A stretch of 64,000 bases of DNA from Candidatus Hydrogenedentota bacterium (GCA_045863295.1 BTWA01000005.1:32001-96000), one strand, 5' to 3'. Shown: positions 29,780 to 41,673, numbered from the stretch's first letter. The notes: generated by a model from the letters alone, not told the origin. Made by a program: numbers and translations.

Positions 29780-31297
29780 ATGGACGTTGTATCGCGTCGC
29801 CAGTTCTTGGCGGCCTCTACTGCCGCGGGCTTGGCCACGGCGCGTGCGGCCGCGCAACCGCCGTCCGCTCGTCCCAATATCCTGTTCGCGATAGCCGACG
29901 ATTGGTCGTGGCCGCACGCGAGTGCCTACGGCGCGCCGCAGATTCACACGCCGAATTTCGATCGCGTGGCGGCGAACGGCTGCCTGTTTACCAACGCGTT
30001 CGTGTGCGCGCCGCAATGTTCGCCCAACCGCGCCAGCATTCTCACCGGCCGTTACATCTGGGAACTGGAGGAGGCGGGCTCGCATTTCGGCTACTTTCCG
30101 TCCAAGTTCACGGTGTTTCCCGATTTGCTGGAGCAGGCCGGGTATCACATCGGCCTTACCATGAAAGGCTGGAGTCCGGGAGACCTCAAAGGTAGCGGCC
30201 GGACGCGCAATCCGGCTGGCCCCGAATTCAACAAGCAGCGTCTGGAATCCACGCCAACCGACGGCATCAATCGCGCGGACTATGCCGGTAACTTCGCGGA
30301 CTTTCTGGCGCAGAAGCCCGAAGGCCAGCCGTTCTATTTCTGGTACGGCTGCACCGAACCGCACCGCAAGTACGCCGTCGGTTCCGGAAAGGCCGCCGGC
30401 AAAGATCCCGGCAAGGTCACCGTGCCGCCGTTCCTGCCCGACACGTCAACAGTGCGCGACGATTTGCTGGACTATTACCTCGAGGTCGAGTGGTTCGACG
30501 CGCATCTCGGAAAAATGATCGACTTGCTGGAGCAAAAAGGCCTCCTGCAAAACACGCTCGTCGTGGTGACCGGCGACAACGGAATGACTTTTCCCGGCGC
30601 CAAGGCCAACGTGTATGAGTACGGCATCCACGTGCCGCTGGCAATGGCATGGGGCAAACGCATTCCCGCGGGGCAAACAGTTGAGAGCCCGGTTAGCTTT
30701 GTGGATCTTGCGCCCACGTTCCTGAATGCCGCCGGGCTGCCACCCGATCCCGTCATGACCGGACACAGTTTTCTCGGGATGGCCGCCGGTGGCCCCACGT
30801 TGGTGCGCGATCATGTGTTGGCGGGATTGGAGCGCCACAGCCATGCGCGCTACGACCATCTGGGGTATCCCATGCGCGCCATCCGGACCGCGGATTACCT
30901 GTATATCCGCAACTTCAAATCCGATCGCTGGCCCGCCGGCGATCCGCCCTATTACTTCGACATCGACGACGGCACGACCAAGCGGTTCATGATTGCCAAC
31001 CAGGACCAATTTCCCGAACTTTTTCAGCACAGCTTCGGCAAACGCCCGGAAGAAGAATTGTACGAGGTGAAGTCCGATCCTGGCTGTCTGCGAAATCTGA
31101 CCGGAAATCCGGAGTTTGATGCCGTGCGCGCATCCCTGCGAGAGCGGCTCGAAGCCGAACTCACGCGAACCAACGACCCGCGCATGTCTGGCGGGGGCGC
31201 TGTCTTCGAGAGCTATCCGTATTTCGCCAACATGCATCCCAAACTCGGCGGCTTTGCCACACGCGGCGAATACAATCCGGCGGTCCTGCCCAAATAA
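29780..31297 (+). CDS. Tat-exported Cys-type sulfatase (sulfamidase-like)
   Basis: SRRQFL twin-arginine signal; PNILFAIADD; CSPNR (CxPxR) formylglycine motif; GDNG; EELY. Confidence 0.9.
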   Translation: MDVVSRRQFLAASTAAGLATARAAAQPPSARPNILFAIADDWSWPHASAYGAPQIHTPNFDRVAANGCLFTNAFVCAPQCSPNRASILTGRYIWELEEAGSHFGYFPSKFTVFPDLLEQAGYHIGLTMKGWSPGDLKGSGRTRNPAGPEFNKQRLESTPTDGINRADYAGNFADFLAQKPEGQPFYFWYGCTEPHRKYAVGSGKAAGKDPGKVTVPPFLPDTSTVRDDLLDYYLEVEWFDAHLGKMIDLLEQKGLLQNTLVVVTGDNGMTFPGAKANVYEYGIHVPLAMAWGKRIPAGQTVESPVSFVDLAPTFLNAAGLPPDPVMTGHSFLGMAAGGPTLVRDHVLAGLERHSHARYDHLGYPMRAIRTADYLYIRNFKSDRWPAGDPPYYFDIDDGTTKRFMIANQDQFPELFQHSFGKRPEEELYEVKSDPGCLRNLTGNPEFDAVRASLRERLEAELTRTNDPRMSGGGAVFESYPYFANMHPKLGGFATRGEYNPAVLPK

Positions 31298-31332
31298 AAA
31301 AGCGACCGCTCCGCAGGCAAAACGGAGCGGTC
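31296..31332 (-). terminator. Terminator between the convergent sulfatase and TPR genes
   Basis: A6 run, then GACCGCTCCG...CGGAGCGGTC stem. Confidence 0.65.
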
Positions 31333-31363
31333 TGGGCTGGGCTGCGTGTTGCCACGCAGAAGA

Positions 31364-32188
31364 TCAATTGGCGTTGATTTGCTGGAACTTCGCCTGAATC
31401 GCGTTGGCCTCGTCCTGGGCGGTGCGGGCCTTTTCGCTCTTGCCCATCGCCACCATCAAATTGGCGTACGCGTGCAACCGGATCGCGACGTCGGGGTGCT
31501 CCGTTCCCACGGTCTCGTTTTGAATGAACTCGGCGTGCTTCAGCAATTCCTTGGCTTCATGCAGCTTGCCGCTCTCGATATACAACAGGGCCAGATTGAC
31601 CATATTGGTCGCCATGTAGGGATGCTGGCGGCGGCCGGCCTTTTCGTGAATCTTCATGGAGCGCTTCAGCAGGTTTTCCGCTTCGACCTTCTCGCCCTTG
31701 TCGTTGTGCAACAAGGCCATGCCGTTCAGGGCGCGGCACACCTCTATGTTCAACTGATCGGAATCATGAATGTCGAGCGCGCGACGATACAGGCCTTCGC
31801 ACTTTTCCCGATCGCCCGCCACGTAGTGAAGATCGCCCAGATTGTTCAGCGTCATTGGCACAAAACGGCTGCGCGGGCCGCAGTGGGTCTCACGCAGGCA
31901 CAGCGCCTGCTGGAACGCATCTTCGGCTTCGCTGTACTTGCCCAAGGCCGTCTGCGACATGCCCAGTGCATCCAACGTATCCGCTTCGCGAAAAGCGGCT
32001 TGGGACTCGTCCAGCCCCTGTGTTTCCAGGGTCTCCGAGTTGGTGTAGAAGCCGGCATCGTAGTTCTGCCAACCCGTGAAATAGTAGGAAATCCAGAGAT
32101 TGACTTCCTCCGCCTGGGCGGCAGGTGCGGTCCCCAGGCAGAGCAGCCCGATGACCAGGCAAACCAGCAGGCGTTTGTAATTGAACAC
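31364..32188 (-). CDS. Exported TPR protein (TPR_12/kinesin-light-chain type)
   Basis: Signal peptide ending AQA; 42-aa TPR units (MTLNNLGDLHY, ATNMVNLALLY, HPDVAIRL); GTG 32188 after AAGGAGG (ORF track 32245). Confidence 0.82.
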   Translation of the reverse strand: MFNYKRLLVCLVIGLLCLGTAPAAQAEEVNLWISYYFTGWQNYDAGFYTNSETLETQGLDESQAAFREADTLDALGMSQTALGKYSEAEDAFQQALCLRETHCGPRSRFVPMTLNNLGDLHYVAGDREKCEGLYRRALDIHDSDQLNIEVCRALNGMALLHNDKGEKVEAENLLKRSMKIHEKAGRRQHPYMATNMVNLALLYIESGKLHEAKELLKHAEFIQNETVGTEHPDVAIRLHAYANLMVAMGKSEKARTAQDEANAIQAKFQQINAN

Positions 32189-32270
32189 GGCTGTTCCTCC
32201 TTGTTGAAACCATGGCCCCGGCGGGTAAAGCAACGTCGGCGGCACGACCGAGCCGGCAGGCTCAGGCTTG

Positions 32271-32299
32271 AGTGTATCGGTTTAGGTGAATATTGTCAA
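32271..32299 (-). promoter_or_regulatory. Putative sigma70 promoter of the TPR gene
   Basis: TTGACA-17-TACACT on the minus strand. Confidence 0.65.
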
Positions 32300-32396
32300 G
32301 AGTTAAGTATACAATCAAATGGGTGCCTCAAATTCATGATAACAACATGTTGAATTAGATGCGGAATCGACCACGATCCATGCTCAACAAAAGGGG

Positions 32397-32425
32397 TTGC
32401 CATTTTCGTGGCAGGCTGATATACT
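32397..32425 (+). promoter_or_regulatory. Putative sigma70 promoter of the OmpA/Pal-like gene
   Basis: TTGCCA-17-TATACT with extended TG. Confidence 0.6.
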
Positions 32426-32486
32426 CTTGACAATATAACGGATTCGTGCCCCCGGTATCGCGCCGGAGAACGTGGAGAGGCCCCAT

Positions 32487-33074
32487 ATGAAAGCCATCGC
32501 CCCCATACTGTGCATCGGTCTTCTGGCAGCCCTGGCACCGGCCAATGCGTCCGAAGCGTGCGACTGCTGCAAAGACAAGAAGAGCGCCGTCAATAAGGTC
32601 GCCGTTTGCAAAGACTACCAGGGCGACACCGCCTTCGCGTCCGACGTCTGGTGGGGGCACAAGGAACGGTCCTTCGGCAACTATATCCAGTTCGCCAAGG
32701 CCGAGATCCCGGCGCCGCGCGTGGCCCCAGACTACGGCATTATTTACTTCGATCTCGACAAGTCCGTGCTGAAGCCCGAAGGTGTCGCCATTGCCGACAA
32801 GGTGCTGGCGCACATGCAGCAGTACCCCGAAGATCACCTGCTGGTGGAAGGCCACTGCTGCGACTTGGCCACAAATGAGTACAACATGAAGCTCGGCCAG
32901 CGCCGTGCCGATGCTGTGAAGAAATATCTAGTCGAACACGGCATCGCCGCCGACCGCATTGAAACGGTCAGCTACGGCGAGGAAAAGCGCACCACCAATG
33001 GAAAGGCGGAGCGTCCGCTCAACCGCCGCGCGGTTCCGGTCATTTGCATCAGCGCCGGCGAACCCGCGAAATAG
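32487..33074 (+). CDS. OmpA_C/Pal-like peptidoglycan-binding protein
   Basis: IYFDLDKSVL, VEGHCCD, YNMKLGQRRADAVK, SYGEEK, NRRA; SpI-type signal (ANA); ATG 32487 after GGAGAGG. Confidence 0.88.
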   Translation: MKAIAPILCIGLLAALAPANASEACDCCKDKKSAVNKVAVCKDYQGDTAFASDVWWGHKERSFGNYIQFAKAEIPAPRVAPDYGIIYFDLDKSVLKPEGVAIADKVLAHMQQYPEDHLLVEGHCCDLATNEYNMKLGQRRADAVKKYLVEHGIAADRIETVSYGEEKRTTNGKAERPLNRRAVPVICISAGEPAK

Positions 33075-33095
33075 CTGCAGCAAGACTACTGAATC

Positions 33096-33137
33096 AAGCC
33101 TCTGGCATTCACCCGAATGCCAGAGGCTTTTCGTTTT
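33096..33137 (+). terminator. Rho-independent terminator after the OmpA-like gene
   Basis: Perfect 15-bp stem AAGCCTCTGGCATTC / GAATGCCAGAGGCTT with T-rich tail. Confidence 0.85.
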
Positions 33138-33742
33138 CAGAGGGGCTGCTTGCCGGTAACCGAGGCATTCGCGCATTCAATAAAGATGTCGCCGCTGTCC
33201 CCACCCGGCAAGGTAAATACGATGCGCACCGGCGTGCCAACAATCCACTCGCGCACGCTGGTTTCCTGATTGCGTACTCCGTACGAGACTACTTGGCTGG
33301 AAACATCGACTGCGCCGTTGGCGAAGTCAGGCCCTTGAGTCATGGCCGCGTATCCGATAAAGGGTGATTGAGCGGAATAGCCCAAACCTTGAAGATAGGA
33401 TTCCACCGAGCTCGAAACAAACTCCGCATGAAACATTTCCGATACGATGCCGGGATTCACTGCATTGAGCGCATCGATTTGAAATAGCAAGGGCTGCAGC
33501 AATGGGCTGGTGGGCCGTTCATTCAAAACCACTTTGGTCGTCAAAGTCACGGTATCACCGATTTGAGGAGCGTCCGCCTTCGTCTCTCCTTCGGAAACGT
33601 TTGCCGTGGTCACGGTACCTGAGAACGTGAACAAGAACGGCTCAGGCGGCAGTGTCGAGAGCGGACACCCCACGCCCATGGTCAATAGCGTGGTGGAAAG
33701 CAACGTTGCGATGATGGCCGGATAGCGCATTCTCCGTGACAT
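33137..33742 (-). CDS. Hypothetical lipoprotein, paralog 1
   Basis: Basic N-terminus, hydrophobic stretch, MGVG-C lipobox; ATG 33742 after CAGGAG; clear paralog of 34223-34837. Confidence 0.75.
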   Translation of the reverse strand: MSRRMRYPAIIATLLSTTLLTMGVGCPLSTLPPEPFLFTFSGTVTTANVSEGETKADAPQIGDTVTLTTKVVLNERPTSPLLQPLLFQIDALNAVNPGIVSEMFHAEFVSSSVESYLQGLGYSAQSPFIGYAAMTQGPDFANGAVDVSSQVVSYGVRNQETSVREWIVGTPVRIVFTLPGGDSGDIFIECANASVTGKQPL

Positions 33743-33797
33743 GATTTTCTCCTGCGGTTGTTGATGTTGGCGCACTCGCGGCGCTTGTGGAAACGAC

Positions 33798-33970
33798 TTA
33801 GCAAGGTCCGATCCCGCTATTCGTGCATGCCAACGCAGACTCTTGCCGGACAATGAGTTGAGGCGTGTGTGCGACCACGGTCTGCCGTGAGATCAACCTG
33901 GTTGAAACGGCGCTCTGTTTAGATTTTGGCCACACCGTGTACGGAATCTGACTCGGCACGGAAATTGTCC
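33798..33970 (-). promoter_or_regulatory. Duplicated regulatory region, copy 1 (sigma54-type GG-N10-GC plus upstream conserved boxes)
   Basis: 20-mer TTAGCAAGGTCCGATCCCGC identical to 34895-34914; minus strand reads GGGATCGGACCTTGCT; boxes at 33916-33970 conserved in copy 2. Confidence 0.55.
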
Positions 33971-34179
33971 ATCCCCGGCGACAGATATCTGTTACTTCCG
34001 ATGGCCGCGTTGCATACCGGAAGGAAATTCCGCGGCGAACATTAAGTCACATTCAAAGTGTTGTCGCACACGGTGGGTGAAGCGGTAGGTCCGTTCGCGC
34101 TACCCGTTGATAAATCTTATTTCGTAACCGCCAACGGAGATTTCTTGAATATGCTTTTGTCTGACCCTACGAGTCCTTG

Positions 34180-34210
34180 ACCCCGGCGCACACCCATGCG
34201 CCGGGGTTTT
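34180..34210. terminator. Terminator-like hairpin between the lipoprotein paralogs
   Basis: ACCCCGGCGCA / TGCGCCGGGGT stem; T-tract is on the plus strand although the flanking genes are on minus. Confidence 0.55.
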
Positions 34211-34222
34211 ATTATTGCGTTC

Positions 34223-34837
34223 TTAGAGCGGTTGAATGGAGGTAACCGTTGCGTTTCCGCAGGTAACCCACACCGAGTCTCCCGCCGGGGGATAGGAGAG
34301 CGGTAGCGAGAATTCGATTTTCACCGGCGTGCCAACCTGCCAATCACGCAACCCGACGGAATCATTGTAAATTACATGCGATACAACTTGGCTGGCGGTG
34401 TCAATTCGGCCCTGGTTTCCACTTGGAGTCACGCCATTGGTTGCGTAGCTCAAGAAGGACACCTGTGGCTCATATCCCAACCCAACCAAAAAGCTCTCCA
34501 GGGAACTGGACACGAAATCGGCTTTGAAAATCTCCAAGGTGCTATCGGGTGTTACCGCATTAATCGCGGCAATCTGGAGCACGAACGGTTGAAGCAACGG
34601 GTTGTCGGGAGTTTGATTGAAGACAATGTCCACCGTTAGTGTGACGGTATCGCCGACTGAGACCCCTTGAGCCTTTTCTCCTCCCCCGGATTCCTGCACG
34701 GACGTCACTTGTCCCGAAAATGTAAACCGGAACGGATCGGGCGGCTGCGTCGAGAACGGACACCCTGCCCCCATGGTCAATGATGCGGTTGCAAGCAGCA
34801 TCGTGGCACTGATTGTGAAGCGGATTCCCCGTGGCAT
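34223..34837 (-). CDS. Hypothetical lipoprotein, paralog 2
   Basis: MGAG-C lipobox; shares PF.FTFSG.VT, GDTVTLT, PLLQP, FVSSS.ES.L.GLGY, SQVVS, W.VGTPV.I.F.LP with paralog 1. Confidence 0.75.
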   Translation of the reverse strand: MPRGIRFTISATMLLATASLTMGAGCPFSTQPPDPFRFTFSGQVTSVQESGGGEKAQGVSVGDTVTLTVDIVFNQTPDNPLLQPFVLQIAAINAVTPDSTLEIFKADFVSSSLESFLVGLGYEPQVSFLSYATNGVTPSGNQGRIDTASQVVSHVIYNDSVGLRDWQVGTPVKIEFSLPLSYPPAGDSVWVTCGNATVTSIQPL

Positions 34838-34894
34838 GATTGTCTCCTGTGGTCGATGAAGTGAATGCACGCGCCGCGCGTGCGAAAAGGTGAG

Positions 34895-35066
34895 TTAGCA
34901 AGGTCCGATCCCGCCATACGCGCACGCTAGTGCAGATCGTTGCCTGACAACGAGTTGACGCACACGTGCGACTGCGAACTATCGAAGAACGTGAGCGGTT
35001 GAATCGGCGGACTGTTTAGAATTTGGCCATGCAGTGTATGAAATCTGGCTCGGCACGGATCTTGTC
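34895..35066 (-). promoter_or_regulatory. Duplicated regulatory region, copy 2
   Basis: Same 20-mer at 34895-34914; TGTTTAGAATTTGGCCA (35013-35029) and TGTATGAAATCTGGCTCGGCACGGA match the copy 1 boxes. Confidence 0.55.
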
Positions 35067-35116
35067 GATATCGGCAAAATTGATCTGAGTCCGCCGATGG
35101 GCTACACTTTCGCCCC

Positions 35117-35626
35117 ATGCACTACCAACTCACACTTCCCGCTCAATTGGTGTCCCGAGGCCGTGCGGCCGCGTGGATTGAAGTTCCCGTGGTCGCAGGG
35201 CTGATCGCCCTCGGCGCGCACGCGAAGATACCTTTCGAACCCGTGCCCATGACACTGCAAACCCTGCCCGTGCTGCTCGCGGGGTACGCAATTGGCCGTG
35301 AACGCGCCGTGAGCGCGGTCGCCCTCTATGTCGTGCTCGGGCTGTTGGGAGCGCCGGTTTTTACCGCCGTCACACTGGGTGCCACGGCCGGATACATCAT
35401 GTCCTGGTTTTTCGTGCCCTATGTCGTCACGTTCTTCAAGAATCCCGCATGGGGCCTTCTTGCCGGCACCGCGTTCATCTATCTCTGCGGCGCAAGCTGG
35501 CTTGCCTTTTACCTGGGACTGACCCCAACACAGGCGATCGGCGCGGGCGTCCTCCCCTTCCTCGCCGGCGATATGCTGAAAGCCGTCGTAGGATATAAAC
35601 TGCTGCCGTACCTGCGGCAGGGGTAA
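35117..35626 (+). CDS. bioY: Biotin ECF transporter S component
   Basis: PVPMTLQTL, GLLGAPVF, TAGYI, IYLCGASWL, PFLAGDMLK; hydrophobic throughout. Confidence 0.9.
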   Translation: MHYQLTLPAQLVSRGRAAAWIEVPVVAGLIALGAHAKIPFEPVPMTLQTLPVLLAGYAIGRERAVSAVALYVVLGLLGAPVFTAVTLGATAGYIMSWFFVPYVVTFFKNPAWGLLAGTAFIYLCGASWLAFYLGLTPTQAIGAGVLPFLAGDMLKAVVGYKLLPYLRQG

Positions 35627-35644
35627 GAAGCAAATTCAAGTATT

Positions 35645-35693
35645 CGCGACCGGGCAGCGACTCAAGTAGTCGCCCCGGTCGCGTCTCGTTTTT
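35645..35693 (+). terminator. Putative terminator after bioY
   Basis: CGCGACCGGG..GCGACT / AGTCGC-CCCGGTCGCG stem, then a T-run. Confidence 0.65.
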
Positions 35694-35807
35694 GGCACGT
35701 CGTACTACTGATCCCTTTCTGTTTGAAACCAGTTCACCCTGCTATAATTCTGCCGTGGAAATCCAGACCATACCCTGGTAACGTTCGATTGCCTGGAGGG
35801 GTTTCGA

Positions 35808-37136
35808 ATGATCTGCCGCAATTCCCCAATCCTCACGTCGGCGATTCTTATTTTGTTAATGCTCGCATTGCGAGTCCACTCAGATTCGATTTCCGATCAG
35901 GCGGTTTTCGAGAGTTTTAGCCAATCAAATCCCGAACTTGTCAATCTAGTTGTGCTGAATCGCGCATCTGTTGGCGATTCTCTCGAATTGGTGATAGCCC
36001 TTGGCAGCCCGAATGCCAACGCAAGAGATCCCGAAGGGTGGGTTTGGTGGAGCGACGGCACGAAAATTGGCTTGTTTCTTCAGGAAGTGGCCACGCCCGC
36101 CAACGTACATGCTTTGGGACCCGCGATCGAATCCGGACATCGGGATTGCATGGCGCGTATTGAACGCGTAACGGCGACGGATGTTGTTCTCTCGTGCGTT
36201 GCGGAGAAGGTTCACAGATATCCGAACCAAAAATGGGTTTTTGATGCCGGCGAAAAGCGCCTGATCAAACAGTTTTCCTATCAGCCGTTCTCGATGGACC
36301 GCGTGCATACGACAGACGATCGCTTAGTGGTCGTGGGGAACAATCAAGAGGAATCGATTGCCGTCGAATTCCGCCCCGGACGCAACCCGGAGTTTGAGAT
36401 TCTACATGGCGCGAATGCAACAAAGTGGACAGCGCCACTGGAAGCAACCGGTGCAAAGCCAGGACAAGTTACACGAACGGATGCGCCCGATACTCCTCAC
36501 TTCGGACCCTCCAGTTCATTCAGCCTGGAAAAAGTAGACAGTCCCTTTGGGGGATCCGTGAACGGGGCCATACGGGAAGCCATTGGCGCTGAATCAAAGA
36601 TGTTTCTCATGCCGCAGTCCACGTACGATGAATTCGCGGTCGCGAGGTCAAGGCGTGTAGAGGACGGACATAGCAGAAGTACTACAACGATTGTCGAATG
36701 GATTGGTCCCTGGCAAATCGAGGGCGACAAATTCTGGTTTGGAAAGACCTTTTACGACGGCGAGGGCAACAGCGGAGTCGGTGGATTCGGCTATTTCGAT
36801 CCGAGTGACCAGATCTATCATATGTTTGCCCCGCCGGAAATCGCGGATTGGTCTGTTTCAGCCATCCATGTGACCGCGAACGCCGTTTGGCTTGCACTGA
36901 AGGATCGCGGCGAATATCGGGAATCCAGCGGCGGGCTGTTACGCTATGACCGCAATTCCGGTGTCGTTCGCAAGTTTGACCTTCGCGATATCACCAATCG
37001 GCTTGTCTCCATTGGCGACAGCACTCTGGCCGCGACGGAGATCGGCGTCGCCGTAGTCAAAAGAGGCACGGTGAAAAGGTACTTCGTCGACCGTGCCGCA
37101 GATAATGAACTATGCATTTCTGAGGCAACGGAATGA
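35808..37136 (+). CDS. Hypothetical exported protein, beta-rich, possible C-terminal propeller blades
   Basis: 442-aa ORF, GGAGG RBS, signal peptide; no family recognised. Confidence 0.65.
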   Translation: MICRNSPILTSAILILLMLALRVHSDSISDQAVFESFSQSNPELVNLVVLNRASVGDSLELVIALGSPNANARDPEGWVWWSDGTKIGLFLQEVATPANVHALGPAIESGHRDCMARIERVTATDVVLSCVAEKVHRYPNQKWVFDAGEKRLIKQFSYQPFSMDRVHTTDDRLVVVGNNQEESIAVEFRPGRNPEFEILHGANATKWTAPLEATGAKPGQVTRTDAPDTPHFGPSSSFSLEKVDSPFGGSVNGAIREAIGAESKMFLMPQSTYDEFAVARSRRVEDGHSRSTTTIVEWIGPWQIEGDKFWFGKTFYDGEGNSGVGGFGYFDPSDQIYHMFAPPEIADWSVSAIHVTANAVWLALKDRGEYRESSGGLLRYDRNSGVVRKFDLRDITNRLVSIGDSTLAATEIGVAVVKRGTVKRYFVDRAADNELCISEATE

Positions 37137-37166
37137 GGTTTTCGGAATGCCGGATTAATTTCCGCG

Positions 37167-38699
37167 TCAGTTCGGCCTTTCCTTGTGTATCAGCCAGCCT
37201 TCGTCAAACGCTACGTGTTTGATCGAATAGCGCCGATAGGTATACGTCACGTGCACCATGCCGTCGCTATCTTCGATGACGCAGGGATATGAAAACTCGC
37301 CCCAGTCGGCTTCCAATACTTTCGGTTCGCCCCACGTGAGGCCCCCGTCAGTAGACTGCTTCAATACCAGCGGCGTGCGATCTGATTGATCGGTGTCGTT
37401 GTACACCAGCACCAGGCGGCCGCTCTTCAATTTCGTCATTGCGATGCCGGAGTCCGGACATTTCAATTCGGTGCGTTCGGGCATGGTCCAGGATTGGCCG
37501 GCGTCGGTCGAGACGCTCTGCAAAATGCGCGGTTCGCTTCGCATCAGGCTCAACAGTTCACCGTTGTCTCGCTGTATCACGGTCGGCTGTTCGCCGCCCG
37601 GCATCACACCCGGCAACCTCGACCACGATCCGTCCTTGTTAAGGGTAACCAGGAACCCCGCATACTTCCCATCCACACGTCCGCTTAGCGGAACCGCGAT
37701 GGTTCCATCCGACAGCGTCAGCGCGGCGTTTCGCGGCAGCCACGCATACCCGTCCGGCATTTCCACGTCCTTGCTCCAAGTCTTGCCGTTGTCTTTCGAC
37801 GTGCGCACCATGATGCGGCATTGGCCCCACCCCGATCCGCGGCGAAGCGGCCGTGTGCTTTCCATGCGGCCCCAGAGGATGATCATCTCGTCGCCGTAGC
37901 CGCGCAGAATCAGGGCATTTCCCGGAGGCTGGTCTTGATTGGCAAGCATGCTTTCCGGTTTCGACCATATGCGCTCGCCTTTCTTCAACCGCGACAGAAA
38001 AAGCGCTTGGTCTTCCGCCGATTCGTAGCTCCCCCCGTACCACAGGCAAAGGAGGTCACCGTTCGGCGCTTCGGCGATAGTAGAGCAGTGATGGACAGGG
38101 GCTCCGGGGATAATGGAGAAGATGAGCTCAGATGAAAACGCCATGGTGCCGTACGGGTTCGGGATTTCCTTTCTTGCACCCCGCTCACCAATGGGAGTGG
38201 TCTTGAGCTCTTTCTCCCCGAGAAGTCCCAGGATGGCTGCTTCCAAGCCCGTAACCGGCCCGTGATACTCCAGTGTGCCATCGCCATCGATCAGGAAGAA
38301 TTCCGGCGTGACGGTCGCCCCGAATTGTGCAGCAGATTTCCCCGAAGGGTCCCGGTAAACGGGAAAGCGACATCCCTTGTTCTGCTGAAAAGCCCGAATC
38401 TCATCGCCGCTTTCCTCGGGATTGACCACAATGCCCACGAACAAGATATCTCTCAGGCGGTATTCTTCGTGAAGCAGATTGAATATAGGGAATTGCTGCT
38501 CCGTGCCCTCACAACGCGTGGAGAGAAAGGTAACGACCGTGCCTGCCCTTTCGCCGTAGTTGTTCATTGACCGGGGCAACCCGTCCAACGTCTCTATGGC
38601 CACGGCTCCCGGCGATTTGCCCAATTCCAGCGCTGCGGCCGAACCGGTCGCCCAGAATCCAAAGGCACAGGCAAGCAAGAGTGTCCACCGGTAAATCAT
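37167..38699 (-). CDS. Exported redoxin-domain / BNR (sialidase-like) beta-propeller fusion
   Basis: Thioredoxin-like N-domain ([28 protein letters not shown]); Asp-boxes [31 protein letters not shown] 38699 after GGAGG. Confidence 0.8.
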   Translation of the reverse strand: MIYRWTLLLACAFGFWATGSAAALELGKSPGAVAIETLDGLPRSMNNYGERAGTVVTFLSTRCEGTEQQFPIFNLLHEEYRLRDILFVGIVVNPEESGDEIRAFQQNKGCRFPVYRDPSGKSAAQFGATVTPEFFLIDGDGTLEYHGPVTGLEAAILGLLGEKELKTTPIGERGARKEIPNPYGTMAFSSELIFSIIPGAPVHHCSTIAEAPNGDLLCLWYGGSYESAEDQALFLSRLKKGERIWSKPESMLANQDQPPGNALILRGYGDEMIILWGRMESTRPLRRGSGWGQCRIMVRTSKDNGKTWSKDVEMPDGYAWLPRNAALTLSDGTIAVPLSGRVDGKYAGFLVTLNKDGSWSRLPGVMPGGEQPTVIQRDNGELLSLMRSEPRILQSVSTDAGQSWTMPERTELKCPDSGIAMTKLKSGRLVLVYNDTDQSDRTPLVLKQSTDGGLTWGEPKVLEADWGEFSYPCVIEDSDGMVHVTYTYRRYSIKHVAFDEGWLIHKERPN

Positions 38700-38884
38700 A
38701 CGTACCTCCCTCCGCATTTCGTTCACGCCTCCATGATGGCGCTCCAAAAGCAGGAATGCAACGCCGCCGCACCCCAGGCGCTGCACACGCGCTCTGGTGA
38801 TGCAATTCGATACATATCCTGCTCGGTTATGCGACAGTTTCCTGGCGGGCCGCTCGTAACTCCCGTGAATTCATGGGATAATAG

Positions 38885-38899
38885 TGGCACGGTAGTTGC
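38885..38899 (+). promoter_or_regulatory. Consensus sigma54 (-24/-12) promoter upstream of clpB
   Basis: TGGCACG-GTAG-TTGC, 40 bp before the ATG. Confidence 0.72.
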
Positions 38900-38939
38900 C
38901 CTTGGGAAAGCAGAGTTATTTCTAAGGGAGGGATTGTAC

Positions 38940-41537
<2,598 letters not shown>

Positions 41538-41634
41538 TTGTTCGTCTTGATCTCGTGACACTATTCACCGGCCCCGATGAATAGACCGTACAGAACGACC
41601 TCACGCCTGGCTCCCCCCAGCCAGGTTTTCCCCT

Positions 41635-41673
41635 GAAGGGCGGCGCCCTCCCCCGCGCCGCCCTTCCTTTTTT
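41635..41673 (+). terminator. Rho-independent terminator downstream of clpB
   Basis: 12-bp stem GAAGGGCGGCGC / GCGCCGCCCTTC, loop CCTCCCCC, T6 tail. Confidence 0.85.

Noticed and set aside
35066..35117. Riboswitch or BirA operator upstream of bioY
   Set aside because: The leader is very short and abuts the lipoprotein enhancer region; no recognisable operator palindrome.
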